A DNA stretch of 64,000 bases from Hemiscyllium ocellatum (lineage: Eukaryota). Positions 37,826 through 51,090 of this stretch are shown piece by piece (the first letter of the stretch is position 1; each line of letters opens with the position of its first letter). The stretch is from the NCBI RefSeq assembly GCF_020745735.1, contig NC_083419.1, positions 40,756,085 through 40,820,084 of the forward strand. Reading direction: 5' to 3'. The notes under the pieces are model-generated. The model was not told the DNA's origin. It did not search any database and saw only the letters and a list, made by a program, of their open reading frames with translations. The position numbers and the translations under genes were made by a program.

Positions 37826-38689
37826 TTATTTAAGAGAGTCCAAGAATTCCTTAGCCTTCTCCGGTGATCCGAAGTTATATATGGATCCTTCGTGGCTAAG
37901 GCGTAGTGTCGCTGGATATCGTAAGGAGTACTGAATATTTAAGTCCCTTAAACGCTTCTTCGCCTCATCGAATGCCTTCCTCTTTCGGACCAAAGCTGGG
38001 GAGAAGTCCTGGAACAGCATGATCCTGGATCCTTTGTGGGTCATAGCTTGGGGATCTTTTCCCAGATTTCTTGAGGCTTCCAGGAGCATCTGCCTCTCCC
38101 TATAGCTCTGCAGCTGGAACAGGACCGGGCGTGGGCGCTGGGTTGAGCCGGGCCCACGTACTGTGACCCGGTAGGCCCATTCTACCCTTACCTGGCCTGA
38201 TCCATTATGCAGATTTAAAAGTTGTGGCAGCCAATGCTCTAAGAATGCTGTCAGCTGACCTCCCTCTTCCTGCTCAGGCAGGCCCAACAACCGAATATTT
38301 TTTCTACGACATCGATTTTCGAGGTCATCAACGTGGTTTTCTAGGTTCTGGACTCGATTCTCGAGAAAACGGATGTGGTCAGCTGTTGATTTTATCCCAG
38401 TCTCTGAGGCTGCGACCTTCGACTCCACCTCTCTGACTCGGCACTCCAATTCCTGAATGTCTCTGCCCTGCTTCTGCAGCTCGGCTGATAGTGCTTCTCT
38501 GCTCTGCCGAGACTCATTGATAAAAGCATCAATCTTCGCCTCCCACCTGGCAAACATCTCCTCAAAGCTCCTCTTCATTGGTAACTCTCCTGAAGTAGCT
38601 GAAGACACCTTTGTTGCAGATGAAGAGGGAGAGGGTGGGGGAGGGGTCCCTGCTTTCTTAGAGCCGCCTGTTCCCTTCCCTTTACTCAT
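37826..38689 (-). CDS. L1 ORF1p (coiled coil, RRM, CTD), intact 287 aa
   Basis: Heptad-rich region, DDLENRCRRKNIRLLGLPE, PRPV, FQDFS and YPATL motifs typical of L1 ORF1. Confidence 0.93.
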   Translation of the reverse strand: MSKGKGTGGSKKAGTPPPPSPSSSATKVSSATSGELPMKRSFEEMFARWEAKIDAFINESRQSREALSAELQKQGRDIQELECRVREVESKVAASETGIKSTADHIRFLENRVQNLENHVDDLENRCRRKNIRLLGLPEQEEGGQLTAFLEHWLPQLLNLHNGSGQVRVEWAYRVTVRGPGSTQRPRPVLFQLQSYRERQMLLEASRNLGKDPQAMTHKGSRIMLFQDFSPALVRKRKAFDEAKKRLRDLNIQYSLRYPATLRLSHEGSIYNFGSPEKAKEFLDSLK

Positions 38690-39154
38690 TTTCCAGCTAG
38701 TATTAGACTATTTAAATGTACTAATAGGTAACTATTTAAGGTTAACAACTATTATAAATGGTTTAGTGAGTGTGGTGGGGGTGGATAGCCCACTTTTCCC
38801 AAGTTTTGGGTAGAGCACTGTGGACTCAGTCTTGCTGGGTCGCCGCCATCTTGGATCCCTCCTGGTTAAGACGTTTAAAAGATATTTGGTCAGGTACATA
38901 AATAGGAAAGGTTGAGAGGGATGTGGACCAAATGCAGGTAAATGGGACTGCTTTAATTTGGGAAACTTAGTCTGCATGGATGAATTGGATTGAAGGGTCT
39001 GTTTCCATGCTGTATGACCTATGAGGTATTTATTTGGTCATCTTGGTAACAGAGAAACTAATTTTGTGGCACAACATATGAGCAGTCAGACTAGAGCCAC
39101 AGTGTATTCCTCCAGTCCTGCTTTTAACACATGACATATAAATCTTTTCAACAG

Positions 39155-39223
39155 GCAAATGCTACTTTATTCTCAGGAAGTAGGGGGAGACTGCAGTACC
39201 AATGAAGAAGACCTGTTCATTCT
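39155..39223 (+). CDS. DENND11: DENND11 exon 8 (QMLLYSQEVGGDCSTNEEDLFIL)
   Basis: caacag acceptor, gtaagt donor, 69 nt. Confidence 0.94.
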
Positions 39224-39883
39224 GTAAGTAACTAACAGTGCAGACTTGTTGGGAAAGAGAGGAAAAAGGCAATATTAAGACCCAAGTCTGTTCAGGTGGA
39301 CAAAACTCTAGCTCTGATGAATTCTAATGAACCATGTTAGTCAATTTTATTTGATGTCTAGTCTCAGTGCGTTTCAACCATAAATTGAAATAAATTTAAC
39401 GGTAGAAAAACTTATTTGATAATGCAAAATTGGATTCCAGGTGTCTAATTTTCCTTAAGTTATCACAAAGAATTGAAAGAATCTAAATATATAGTTATGA
39501 ATGGCGAGTTATGTCTAATTATGTTCCAATTCAGAATTAATTGCTAAGCAAGGTTGTCAGGTAAATTAAAATGCATAGATCACGGAGCGATCAAGAAGAA
39601 ATGCTGTGAAATACAGAAATTGGGGAAAGTTTGTAAACTTCTAATTCATTCTTGTCTTCCTGATTGCTAATGAAGAGTAATTTGCTTAGTCTAGATCTGT
39701 GATTTTTTTTTAAATGGTTCTCATGTAGATCTTGGAAAGCCTCTAATTGGAGCATTTGTCTGTCTACTAAGTTGGGAGCCATACTGTTTCTGTGAACAGC
39801 ATGTCTTCAAGCAATTACCACTCTTCATGCATTAAAGCTGTTTGACTCGTCAGCTAGCTAATGTTGTCCCACTTCTCTTGCAG

Positions 39884-40079
39884 GTTTTTCATGGAACAGA
39901 ACAATCGAATCTTCCAGCTGTTGCTGGAGGTTTCAGCATGCCAAGATAAAACACTGACAGCTGACCATGTGAGGAGTATGGGGCTGGATCCCCAGGGGGA
40001 TCGCATCTTCCTGATGGACTTGCTTGAAGTTTATGGCATTGATGTAATGTTGGTTATTGACAATCCTTGTTGCCCATGA
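39884..40079 (+). CDS. DENND11: DENND11 exon 9, terminal coding part ([11 protein letters not shown]...[10 protein letters not shown])
   Basis: ctcttgcag acceptor; ends at TGA 40077-40079. Summed CDS is 1353 nt = 450 aa plus stop. Confidence 0.96.
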
Positions 40080-43000
40080 TCCAAGTGAACTTTGACTAAC
40101 AAACTGCTATATGAACTGGGAAGGACCAAGACAGGAGGTTTGTATGGATGCATAGAGTTTGAAAAAAAAATAATTAAAACCAAGTGCACTTGTATCATGA
40201 CTTGCCACAATCTCTTGATTGTGCCCAGGTCAGTTCATGGGTCACTTGTTCTCCTGCCTCTTCAGTTATCTATGTATTTAAAGATTTTTGGAGAACTAAT
40301 GGGAGAAATTAATGGTTTAACTGGAAGAAAAACACTTCGAAGGAAATTTTATTTATTTGTAGTTTTTGATTTTTCCTTTGACTTTTTTTGCCATTTGCGA
40401 ATGTGTTGTACAACTATCAGCTGTGAATTAGCACATATGCATGAATGCATTCATATGAATTTATTTCTAGTACATCAGAGACTCCATACTACACCACTGT
40501 GAAATGTAGTGAGCCTTCCCTGTTTATCAGGTTTCAACTAAAATTGCATTCTTCTTTTCAGTAAGTCCTCAGTTTGATTTTCTTTAGCTGCTCTGCTTAA
40601 TGGCTTGCAATGGCCCATTCACTTTTAAACTTGGGGTTTTGTTTTCTAGAACAGGCATTGAAAATTGTCCCTTTGCACAACCTTTAAGACTTATTGGCTG
40701 TGATAGATGACTTTGATGTTCCACATGAAAACAAATTTAATCATTAACTGTATGTCCCATGACAATGTGCCATTATTAATTTGAAATGCAAGGAATGAAA
40801 GGAAGTGTCTGATCCGGAATAGTTCTCTCTGGTGACAGAACCATCTGCAAATTCATGTTAAACACAAATTCAGTGATTGTTTTCTATGTTTGACTGCATC
40901 TTACATCTTGCTGTTAAACAGCAGCTACAAGGGAAAGTTGGAGCCTATTTATGGAGTGATCACTATTTTAAGTGAGAAAAGGTTTCTTCAGCGCTACCTG
41001 TAAGGCAGGGTTGCATGGAATAGTTTGCATGCTTTTCATGAAGCCTTTGCATCGTAAGCTGTTTGCTCAGGATGAGACATGGTATTGCTGTACTCCAAAC
41101 CGTGACCTTCATCTTTATTTCGAATTCTTTGAAATGTTTATGCTGCTTTTGGTAATCATTTAACAAGCAGAAAAATTAACATTAAATTTCAAATACATTT
41201 GAAAAAATAAATTTTAATGGTACTTAGAATGTACAAAATAGAAGGACTAAGTAAAGTTTTGAAGAAAGCTATGGAGTTAGAAAGGAAAATGATAACGATT
41301 GTTAAAATAGTTGCAGAAATGTTGAAGCTTAGCTTAAAAGAAAATGCAGTGTGAAGGAATGGTGGAGGTACAAAATAAGTATGCATCTCTTTTTCTGTGT
41401 TTTTGTATGAATGAGAGGGTAAGATGAGGCTGCTGAGCTACTGGAGAGGACAAGAGATTGCTAAGAAAAGCTGGTGAAACTTAACAATAAATCAGTTACA
41501 GACCCGTTTGGCTAGCATTAAATGTTGACAAGTTTTGAAAGTTGGACATGCATACTCATCTAGAAGTATGACAGATGTGCTCAAAATTGAGGGCTTTGAT
41601 GTAGAAAAATGACGCAAGCTATTTCAGCTGTTTGGTGAATCTGTAGCTAGAAGATATTAAATTAGGCTGATCAAAAAGAATGAGGTTAGTTTTTGGGGAC
41701 ACTTTCTAATTGTGCTTTAGTATGTAAAAATCCAAATTGAATATTAAACAGAGAAATGAATATATGTTTTAAAGGACAATTGGATGGAATATAATGATGG
41801 TTGAGAGATACAGGGCTGATTTGGAGTGATTTCTTTGTTCTGTAAAAATTGGAGTTTAATATACAGATTGAATAAAGAAGAATAGTTATGTACCTGCAGG
41901 GTATACTCTTATTCTTTAAAAGTGCTGTATGATAATATAGAAAGAAGGCTTTTCAACTTCAAATAATTATCTAATTTCTTTATCTTGTATTCACTCACAA
42001 ATGTGTAATTCAGGTTGCTTCAGAAGATTATCACAATGTAGAGAGTGGAATATTTTATCACAAGTGACTCTTTGTGTAATTGAGAGATTTCTTTTTCCAT
42101 TCTGGAGATGATTGAGTTTAAGCTGCCGTAATATGAATCAGGCTGTCAAAACAATTCACTTACGCAAAACCTTCTCGGTTTTCAAACCTCTCTCGGGATT
42201 CAAGGGATTTTAAAATTTTCCAGTCAACGCAGATTCTCAATCTTTCAAGCCTGTTGTAATCAATATTGTTTCATTTACTTCGACAATTTTAATGGATTTT
42301 CACCAAAGTTTGCCATAGCTCTAATATTTTAATGGGAATGTTCAGAACTCTACTAAAGTCTAAAGTTTGCTTTCCCAAATAACGCATCATGTTTAAAATT
42401 TATATTACTTTGTTTAAATCCCTTTGTGGTATTTTTCTAAGAGCACTTGCACAACAAATAATAGGTTATGTCTCACAAATCATTTGGAACTCTTGAAGTG
42501 GTTCTTGATTTATTGGACACGAATTGAGTTACAGATATTTTTTGTTAAATTTAAAGGACTGTTAAAACTCATGAAATTAATGATGGGCTAAATAGTGTTG
42601 TTGAAAATTATCAATAAATTTTAAATCTCCTTTGAAGAAGATAAGATGGCATTCTGGCAATTCCAGCAGCAGCACAGAGCTACAACCACAAAGGATCATA
42701 AGCATTTCTGTCCATTAGGTAGAATCAGTGGTTTTATGTAGCATTGAGGATAACCACTCTCCAAGCGTGGTGGAAGGTGTTACAGCCCTTGTGCTATTGG
42801 TTTTATTCTACACCATACTCTAGCTAATTGAACTTGTCAGTCACATTATGACAATTAAATTTCAGTTGGCCAAAGTAAATGCCATTACTGACTAATCAAA
42901 GGGAATTATTCAAATGCCTCTAAACAAATTGAAAAATGGGGTAATGAAGGTCACTGACCTAATGGCAGTAAAGTAATGTGTATTGGAACGTGGAAACTAT

Positions 43001-46000
43001 CTACTCAGTAAACGCCCATTAGTAAATTATGAGAGATTTCTGTGTGCTTATTGACCTTACTTCAATTAGCCAATCAATATTAAATTCATCATCAGAGCTC
43101 CAAGTATAGGAAAAGTCTCAAGGACATTTAAATTGTTAAGGTCATAGCAAAAATATTGTTAGATTCAATGCTCCATCTTTCAGGAATTAATCCTTTTTGT
43201 TTGCATGTTGGGAATATTGGCGCTTCATTACATATACAGTTATATTGTCACACATGCCACTGACTTGAAAATTCAAATCTAGAGAATTTTATATGAAATA
43301 ATAAACTTGTAATATATTACCACAGGTGCTGAAGTATGGAGTATCTGGTGTATTTTCTCACCAATCACTTGAAGGCAAGACTTGTGTTTTTTGTCTAATT
43401 TAAATTTTAGAAATGATATAATTATCCAATAATTTCATGTCTTTAAAAAGTAAGATTCCATTTCAGATATTGAGAGACCAAGATTAGGTTTTATTTTTGA
43501 ATCTGTGGGCATCAATAATCTGTAAAGTTCCATTCCATTGTAGATCTTTCTAATGGTGACTTGCACTCAATGCCTTTCTATCAGTAACAGTAATTGGGAA
43601 GGGAGTGACATTTATTATTGGAATGAAGGGTATTTTTAATGCTGGATTGATTTTTAGTAGTACATTGAATTTATGGGAGCTGCACTTTGGCTATCTTGAG
43701 TTTGGAGCCTACACTCCATCATGTAGCTCATCCAAGTGATCATTTTTGTTTACATTTGTGGTCCACCCATTAGTTTTCAGTTTGTGTGTATTGAAGTACT
43801 AGTTTTCAAGAAGTATATGGTTACTGTGTGTGTGTGCATTTGCAAACATTTTGTCATTGAGGATGGATATTAAGTTTTCCTACCCTTCCCTATCAGCCAG
43901 GGTTGAGAGTTTTTTTTCCTTCGCCACATTGTTAATTTAATATTGCGAGATATATTTAAGCTGAGTACATGCTAGAGCTACACCAACCTACTTGTGTGTT
44001 TATTAATACCATTGCTGAATTAACACCTATCACAGCTTATGTCATCTATTCAGTTATATTTTTGAGTATTGGTGTATTTTTCGTTTGGTTTAGCTGTATT
44101 TAAGGATATCTTTGACACCTGGCTAGATCTCCTGGTGCTACCAACATGAATAACATTTCTGGCAGTGAACCATTTAATTCTTTTATTCCTTTTAACATTA
44201 ATATTTATTAATGTAAAGGGTGCAGTTAAGCAGCAATAACCAACTTCCAGTAAAAAGAATAATGACCAAATTGATGGAAGTGTGATTACAACTAAAATAT
44301 TCTTATTGTAGTTCATGTTTAGTCTGCACTGATAAGTGTTGATGCTGTGTATAAAATCCAAACCAACGCTGCTGTTGTATAGTATGTCCAAGTATTTAAC
44401 ATGTAACCAGATTTTGTAGTCTTTTGTATGTATTGCCTGGTGTCTCTCAACTGTACACTCTGAAATATTCAAAGTTGCATGGACATGAGGTAAATGGTAA
44501 TTTTACAAAACATGATCACACAATCTGAGTATTGCATTTGTGTACATTCTATGACTGTTTTAAAGCATCACCTCTTAATTTTTAAAACTGATTTTGAAGT
44601 ATTTTGTTTATGGTTATAAAACAGTCATCTTGGATAGTAAATTATCTATTTTAACAGCATTTAATGGTTTTTTTTCACTTTATTGCACTGGTGTGACATG
44701 AATCACCTTATTTGATGTATCCAGCCATAGAGAATCCACAAAACTGGTGAATCAGTCTCAGATATTACTGCACAATAATCACCTTTTAGAACCATTTTAA
44801 CTAAAGTGCTATTGAAATCCAATCATTTCCAAACATGAAAAGGAATATGTCAGCATCCATGGTGTCTAATTCCTAATAAGATGATCCTATTGAATGGAAA
44901 AGCAGACTTGAGGGACTGAATGACTCACTCCTTTTCCTATTAAGGACAATTTTTGCTTTCATTATTACTTTCTGACATTTTTAGTTTGAAAGAGGTTTGA
45001 TAGAAAGCTTCAAATTTAGGAAACTAAGTCCAGTAAATAGTTTAGTGACTTTTTTTGGTAAAGTGTTTCTGTGCACTCCCAATGCATTTAGACCAAACCC
45101 CCTAGCTTTCAGATTGTATTTGATTTTATACTGATACCTTGAAATTGTTTTTCCTCCTTTAATGTAGAAGCTGAAAGCCTGCAGCTAATGTCAGAAAAGA
45201 GAGGTGACTTTGTCCTTAGGTATTGATGGGTCAATAATATGACAGTGGTAGTTTTTTTTGTTTTAGTTTGGAAAATTTTGGGAAAATGGTTGATCTTTTT
45301 TCACTGCCTCCACTTTTTGATACACTTGTGATAGCTTCATAAAAGCAAATGGCTGTAGCCTGCACAATTTTTGAAATTTTCGTTCTCTAATAAGGTGCAT
45401 TGTTAATATCGTTAATCAATATGTTATGAGAGTGATGAGAAATCTATACAGCCCCTGCCAATAGTCTGTTGGGATTTTGGTGGAAACCAAGTCTCTAAAC
45501 ATAATGAAGTTATGAAATTTTGTCTTGTTTTGAAAGTTGAAGATTTTAGATTCAAAGTTCATATTGTTATGCCTGAGATTAAGAAATACTTTAGTTACAG
45601 AGAGAGCCTTAAATATTGTGTAAGGCGCTATGAAACTTATCTGTATTTCATTGTTAGGATTAGAAGAAAGTAGAGTGCAAAATTTGGATTAAAAAAAAAA
45701 TACCTGCTGTTGAAATTACTAAAAGGGACTTTTTTTTAATAAAAGCTATATGTGAAGAGATGTAAATTTCTCAATGTCTTCTGTGGATAATTTTGTACTC
45801 TGTAAATCTGGATAGATGATGTGCCTAATATATTTTCTAATTAAAAGTTATCTGTAGTAAATCTTGTTTTTGTATCAGATATGATCTGTTGTCAGTGCTG
45901 CTCACTATTGAGCCACATCATGCACCTGTAAAAAGAGTATCTCTTTTAAGTTAGCCTGTTTACAATGCACTGCACTTATAACATTGTATTCAAACTTTTT

Positions 46001-46030
46001 GCAGCTTGTTGTATTAAAGCAAATGCATCA
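40080..46030 (+). other. Probable long 3'UTR of DENND11 with candidate polyA signals
   Basis: AT-rich stretch with no young repeats. AATAAA at 45738-45743 and ATTAAA near 45840 and 46013, followed by T/GT-rich sequence. The 3' end is not determinable from sequence alone. Confidence 0.5.
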
Positions 46031-47502
46031 ATGCTACGTTAGAAACAGATGATGAAGGTGGCTGGAATGCTTTGTGAAGATTATAAATCTTCAAGTTTGG
46101 TTTTATTAGATGGCTTCAGCGATTTTTATAAAGTTCATTGTGATCTTGTGTACAAGGTATAGAGAAAAATCTGTTCTTGTTCCTGTATTCAGCATTGTCA
46201 AGCTTTACAGATCAATAAGGTTCATGTGAATCCTTAACATTGTTAGAGTTTAACTCATTTGGAGAGAAAAGCAAATATTAAAGATATATGGCTTTTATGG
46301 GTCATTCTGGAAATTTGTGGTGGGCACTGTTATTACTTGATCTACATGGAATACCAGTGAGCCTTAACATCCACTGCTTCTGCACGAGATACATGTTACT
46401 CCTATCACTTGTTCCAAAAAGCAGGATGGAATTGTACTGAGCCATTATTGTTTGATAAAATATCCTAAAGTGCCTAAAGGCACAAAGAATAAAATGGGCC
46501 TTCTTCAAAAGGTTCATTAGAAGTGACTAACGTTCGATATATAAGGCATGGTTTGTAAAGAAGGTTTTGAGGTTTCAAAAATTGAATTGTGTTTTGGACC
46601 TGAGAACATAGTTGACAGAAATGGAATAAAGGTAGGATTTAATGCAGTTAGGATGGGAAGTGATGATTGGGCTGGTGGGGGGGAAGAGGTGAATGACTCA
46701 GTGAAAGACTTTAATCGTGGTGGGTGGAAGTCACAAAGGTTGGGTGACGAGTGGGCACGCAGGAGAAAAAGGTGGAGTTCATGGAATTATTTATAGACAT
46801 GCACAGAAACATTGTAGGTGATGAGAGGGAAGAACAGAGTAAGCAAAATGAGCAGCAATGCTGTTTTGTACTTCAACAGTAAAAACGCTGCCAGCAAAGA
46901 GTTGAGAATTATGAGCTTGGATTTGATATACATTGAAGTCAGTGTAGGTTACAGCTGAGGGTATACACAGATTTCAGTCTTATTTTGAACTGTAGTGGCT
47001 GCTGTAAAGTGCTTTGGACATATGGTTATTAAAAAGATTAATGTGATCTTTTATTGCTAGCTTAAGAATTAACATTTGCATTATATGCAAGTAATTAGTA
47101 TTCTGATCAGAGTACCCAGTTGCACTACAGTCCACAATGTGGTGTACGTTGAAACGTTCCCATATGTGCCAGATTGATCATGTAGCACTCTGAAAGGGGC
47201 TGTCTAGTGCAACGATCTGCTTATGCCTATTAAAGAAATTTAGAGTGAACAGTGGGGCTGATTAACCTATGTATAAAAAGGTAAGAATGATGAGGAAATG
47301 GCACTTGGAGGGAAGGGAATGCAGCCATCAGAGTTTGAAATGAGTTAAAATTAGGCAAGGTTGGGAGTCAGCCAGACAGCGTTGGTGTAATAGATGCTGG
47401 GGCTAATGAGCATGTGAAAATCTTTGAAACCTGTCATTTAAGTCCACAGGTCAATGTTCCCAAAGTGGAGTATAATATTCAAGGAGAAATTTAGCTTTAA
47501 CT

Positions 47503-48008
47503 CTTCAGAATGCTAAGCAAATTCAGCATGTCCACAATGACTCTTATCAACTTTTACAGATGCACCATAGAAAGCATCCTATCCGGATGCATCTCTGTTT
47601 GGTATGGCAATTGTTGTGCCCAAGATTGCAAGAACTTGCTGAGAGTTGTGAACGCAGCTCAATCCATCCATTGCCTCAGTCGACACTTCCCGCAGCCAAC
47701 GTAATTGCAGACCCTTTCCACCCCGGTTATACTGTCTTTACCCTCTTGCATCAAGTGAAAGACACAAAACTTTGACAATACGTACCAACAGATTCCAGAA
47801 CAGGTCCTTGCCCGCAGTTATCAGACTTAGGAATGGACCTCTCATATATTAGGTTTGATCTTTCTCTTCACCTTCTCTGTCGTTGTAACACTGTATTCTG
47901 CATTCTGTACTATTATCGTGATGTACTTATGTAAGATATTATCTGTCTAGTTTGCATGCAAAGCAAAACTTTTCACTGTCTTAGTATGTGAGAATAAATC
48001 AAATAAAT
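47503..48008 (+). mobile_element. Rex1/Babar-like LINE 3' fragment
   Basis: ORF 47510..47704 L.KF.MS..TL.NFYRCTIESILSGCI.VWYGNC; AATAAATCAAAT tail. Confidence 0.78.
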
Positions 48009-48194
48009 TCCTCACTCCACATTTTGTTTTCAGATATCTTCCAAATTTGAGGAATCACTAAAGGGGATCTAACCCCACAATTCAAAAACCTGTTCTTGGG
48101 CATAACAGGAAACTTTCTTGAAGTTTGGGCTCTAATTTTTAAAGAACAAAGTTACAAAAATAGACAATGCATTTATGAAGAAAGATCTATCAGA

Positions 48195-48285
48195 GATGAA
48201 AATGTGTTGCTGGAAAAGCGCAGCAGGTCAGGCAGCATCCAAGGAGCAGGAGAATCGACGTTTCGGGCGTGAGCCCTTCTTCAGG
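48195..48285 (-). mobile_element. Short PLE-derived insertion with intact hammerhead core
   Basis: Minus strand CTGAAGA-AGGGC-tcac-GCCC-GAAAC-GTC; TSD TCTATCAGA at 48186-48194 and 48286-48294. Confidence 0.83.
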
Positions 48286-49229
48286 TCTATCAGACTCTAC
48301 TTTAACTTTCACTCTCCAAAGATGCATCCAGACCTACTGCATTTCTCCATTTGTATGACAATGGCTTTGTCCTCTCAATATTTGTTCACGGCAAATCTCT
48401 GCTCTTCCAGTGCCGGGTCGTTAGACATCAATTTGACAATTTAGCAAAATTGGGGGAGTCAAAAGAAATGAAACTGGGAGTTATCGACATTTGTATGAAA
48501 ACTAGTGCTATGTTTTCCAATGATGCCAATGAACAGCATGCCTATCTCTCCCGGCTTATTTTTCAGCTTTTTCCCCCTTGCCAGTGTTGGCTGACACCTG
48601 GTATTGCTTACAACTGTGTATGCTTCCAAAAAAGTTTACATTATATAGAATTCTAATGATGACGTGCAGAAAAATGTGTGCTATTCAGAGTTCAGTTCAC
48701 AATATTAATTGTAAAGCATCTTCATAGCTAGTAAAACTGACACATCATGCATTCTGGTACCATAACACTGCATGTCAGCAGTGCCTTCATGGATAAAATT
48801 GCCCTCAAAACCAGTGTTTCTGACAGTATTACTGGTGTCATAATCAATATTTCTGTATTACTGCTGCCCTGACTGGTTTTATTGGTGGGCACATACAGTA
48901 AAGCATATAGAATACTTGTATCGAATGCAAAATTGCTGGAAAAACTCAGCCAGTCTGGCAGTATCTGGAAAGAAATTGAGCTGAAGTGTCAGGTCCAGTA
49001 ACCCCCCTCATGAACTGATTATAGCTAGGAAAAAAGTTTGTATTTATGCAGAAGATCAGTTGGGATGGCGGTGGGGAGGTGGAGTAAACCCTTTTCCTCT
49101 AGGGCACCATGGTCCCCTCCTCCTTCACTCTGAGCACATCCCCACAGCACATTTGCACCTTCCCCTGCAATTGCAGAACGTATATCACCTGTACATTTAC
49201 TTCCTCCCTTCTCACTAACCAAGGTGGTT

Positions 49230-49720
49230 CACAGACTCCCAGCCAAACTGCTTGTTCTGAGGTGCTGTGGAGTCCATAGACCATGTATACATGCGATGTG
49301 GGTGTTTGCACTCTCTCCTTAGTTTTCTGGAAAACCACCTCCTCTGTTTTTGATTGCACTTCAGTCCCACTCACCTGTTCTTTGGGTACCTCGTATGGAG
49401 GGGGGAGGGTAGATCACAGGCCCTCCACGTGGGTCTGCTCCTGGGCCTGGCCGTAAACAGGTCCAGGCAGCAGATCGTGGAGGGGGTTGTTATGGCCAAT
49501 TGCCTGTCCCTATTCTGTGGCTACGTACAAGCCCGGGTGTCTTTGGAAAAGGAACGTGCGGTGTCTACCAACACTCGAGCCATTCAGGGAGTGGAGTGTT
49601 TTATTTCCCCCTCCAACTCTATTTTGATTTAATCCCTGCCTTTCCCTTCACTTTTTGCTGATCACGCAGCATTGCCCTTTGATGAGAAAGGCATTATGTG
49701 TCACTGACACTTAGGTGTTT
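49230..49720 (+). mobile_element. Tx1/L1-like ORF2 3' fragment inside a decayed PLE (48920-50240)
   Basis: HFSPTHLFFG...LLLGLA.NRSRQ...LFCGYVQARVSLEKE resembles Tx1-type ORF2 C-termini. Confidence 0.55.
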
Positions 49721-50817
49721 CTTTTCCTGCTGGTGTAATATTAATAAGGATTTACACACTTGTTTGTTCATCACTGTGTCAGTTGCAGTTAGGCAGTAGT
49801 GTGGGGATAAAGAGGAATAAAAAGGGAAAAAAAATTAAACCAGAAGATAGCGTCTCCTTGGTTTATGGGGAAAATATATTACCAGGAGATTTGGAATCCC
49901 TCCGTCTAGAGATGGAGTTACTGTTGCTGTTGGTTTCAGCTTTTTTTTTTGTGGGGGGGGGGGAGAACTTGATTCCTGAACTGACTGGTTTACAAAGCCA
50001 GTTTCGCTAACTAGTATTCCTTTTTTTTGTGAGCAAAAGAAAAATCAAAATATACTGCATTTGCTGCCCATAATGGGGTCTCCTGTACTCTGGGGAAATG
50101 ACACACAGACTGGGTTACTGCTTTGCACTGTGTTCTGCCTGCATAAGTGACCATGAGCCTTCAGATGCATAGCCACTTCAACACATGACCATGATCCCTT
50201 GATAGCACATGTCTCAGGGTTGCGGCAGTGCTTCAGGAAAGAGATTTATAGAATTGGAGGCAAAAATGGTGCAGGACTCAAGGTTCAAACATGGACTGGG
50301 AAGAGGATTTAAAAAGAACAAAATAGAAAATTGAATGGAAGCAAAAACTGAAGTTATAAATTTTAAAAACATAATGTTTTTAAGTTTTAAGATTTTACTG
50401 TGGTTACCTAGAAAATTGAAGCAATGTAATTTTAAGGAGCAACAGCGCCACCTAGTGTTGGTTAAAGAGAGCATTGTTAACAATGAAGAATAACTTTGAG
50501 CCAATATTAAGAGTACTAATGATAAAGGCTGATTTCTTTTCAATGGCAACCAGTTCAATGTTAGCAAAACACTTGAGCAGGATCTGCCCAGCTTGATTTT
50601 GATTGCAACATCCTGATATTGAAGGTAATTGAAATCTAATATATTGTGAAAATTCAATATTGCTTTTGCACTTGTTTCCACTGAGAGAAATGATAAAAGT
50701 GCATAAACAGTGGTTTAAAATGATGGAGTCTTCGAACAACTTGAACACTTGAGACAAACAGTATATGTTGCAGTCAAGAATGGTTTATCTGCTAATGAAG
50801 ATACTGCTGAGAGGGTA

Positions 50818-51090
50818 GAGTCATCATAGAGATGTACAGCACGGAAACAGACCCTTTGGTCCAACCCGTCCATGCTGACCAGATATCCCAACCCAATCTA
50901 GTCCCACCTGCCAGCACCTGGCCCCTATCCCTCCAAACCCTTCCTATTCATATAACCATCCAGATGCCTTTTAAATGTTGCAACTGTACTAGCCTCTACC
51001 ACATCTACTGGCAACTCATTCCATACACATACCAGCCTCTGCGTGAAAACATTACTACTTAGTGTTCTTTTATATCTTTCCCCTCTCACC
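50818..51090 (-). mobile_element. CR1 3' fragment
   Basis: Reverse complement of 13960-14214. Confidence 0.85.

Larger units (their letters stand above)
33052..38864 (-). mobile_element. Full-length L1-clade LINE (~5.8 kb), antisense in DENND11 intron 7
   Basis: 12-bp TSD GTTAAGACGTTT at 33040-33051 and 38865-38876; 5' end with CCAAGATGGCGG; ORF1, ~620-bp spacer, ORF2; AATAAA plus short polyA at the 3' end. Confidence 0.97.
32529..39024 (+). mobile_element. CR1 3' fragment (32529-33051 plus 38865-39024) split by the L1
   Basis: Rejoined halves are colinear with the CR1 at 13651-14214 (GGTACAGTTAAGACGTTTAAAAGATATTTGG vs GGTACAATTACAACATTTAAATGGCATCTAG). Confidence 0.87.

Noticed and set aside
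40190-40240. SECIS element enabling readthrough of the DENND11 TGA
   Set aside because: ATGA-to-AA spacing is too short and there is no 3' GA for the quartet; the protein ends at the conserved DNPCCP.
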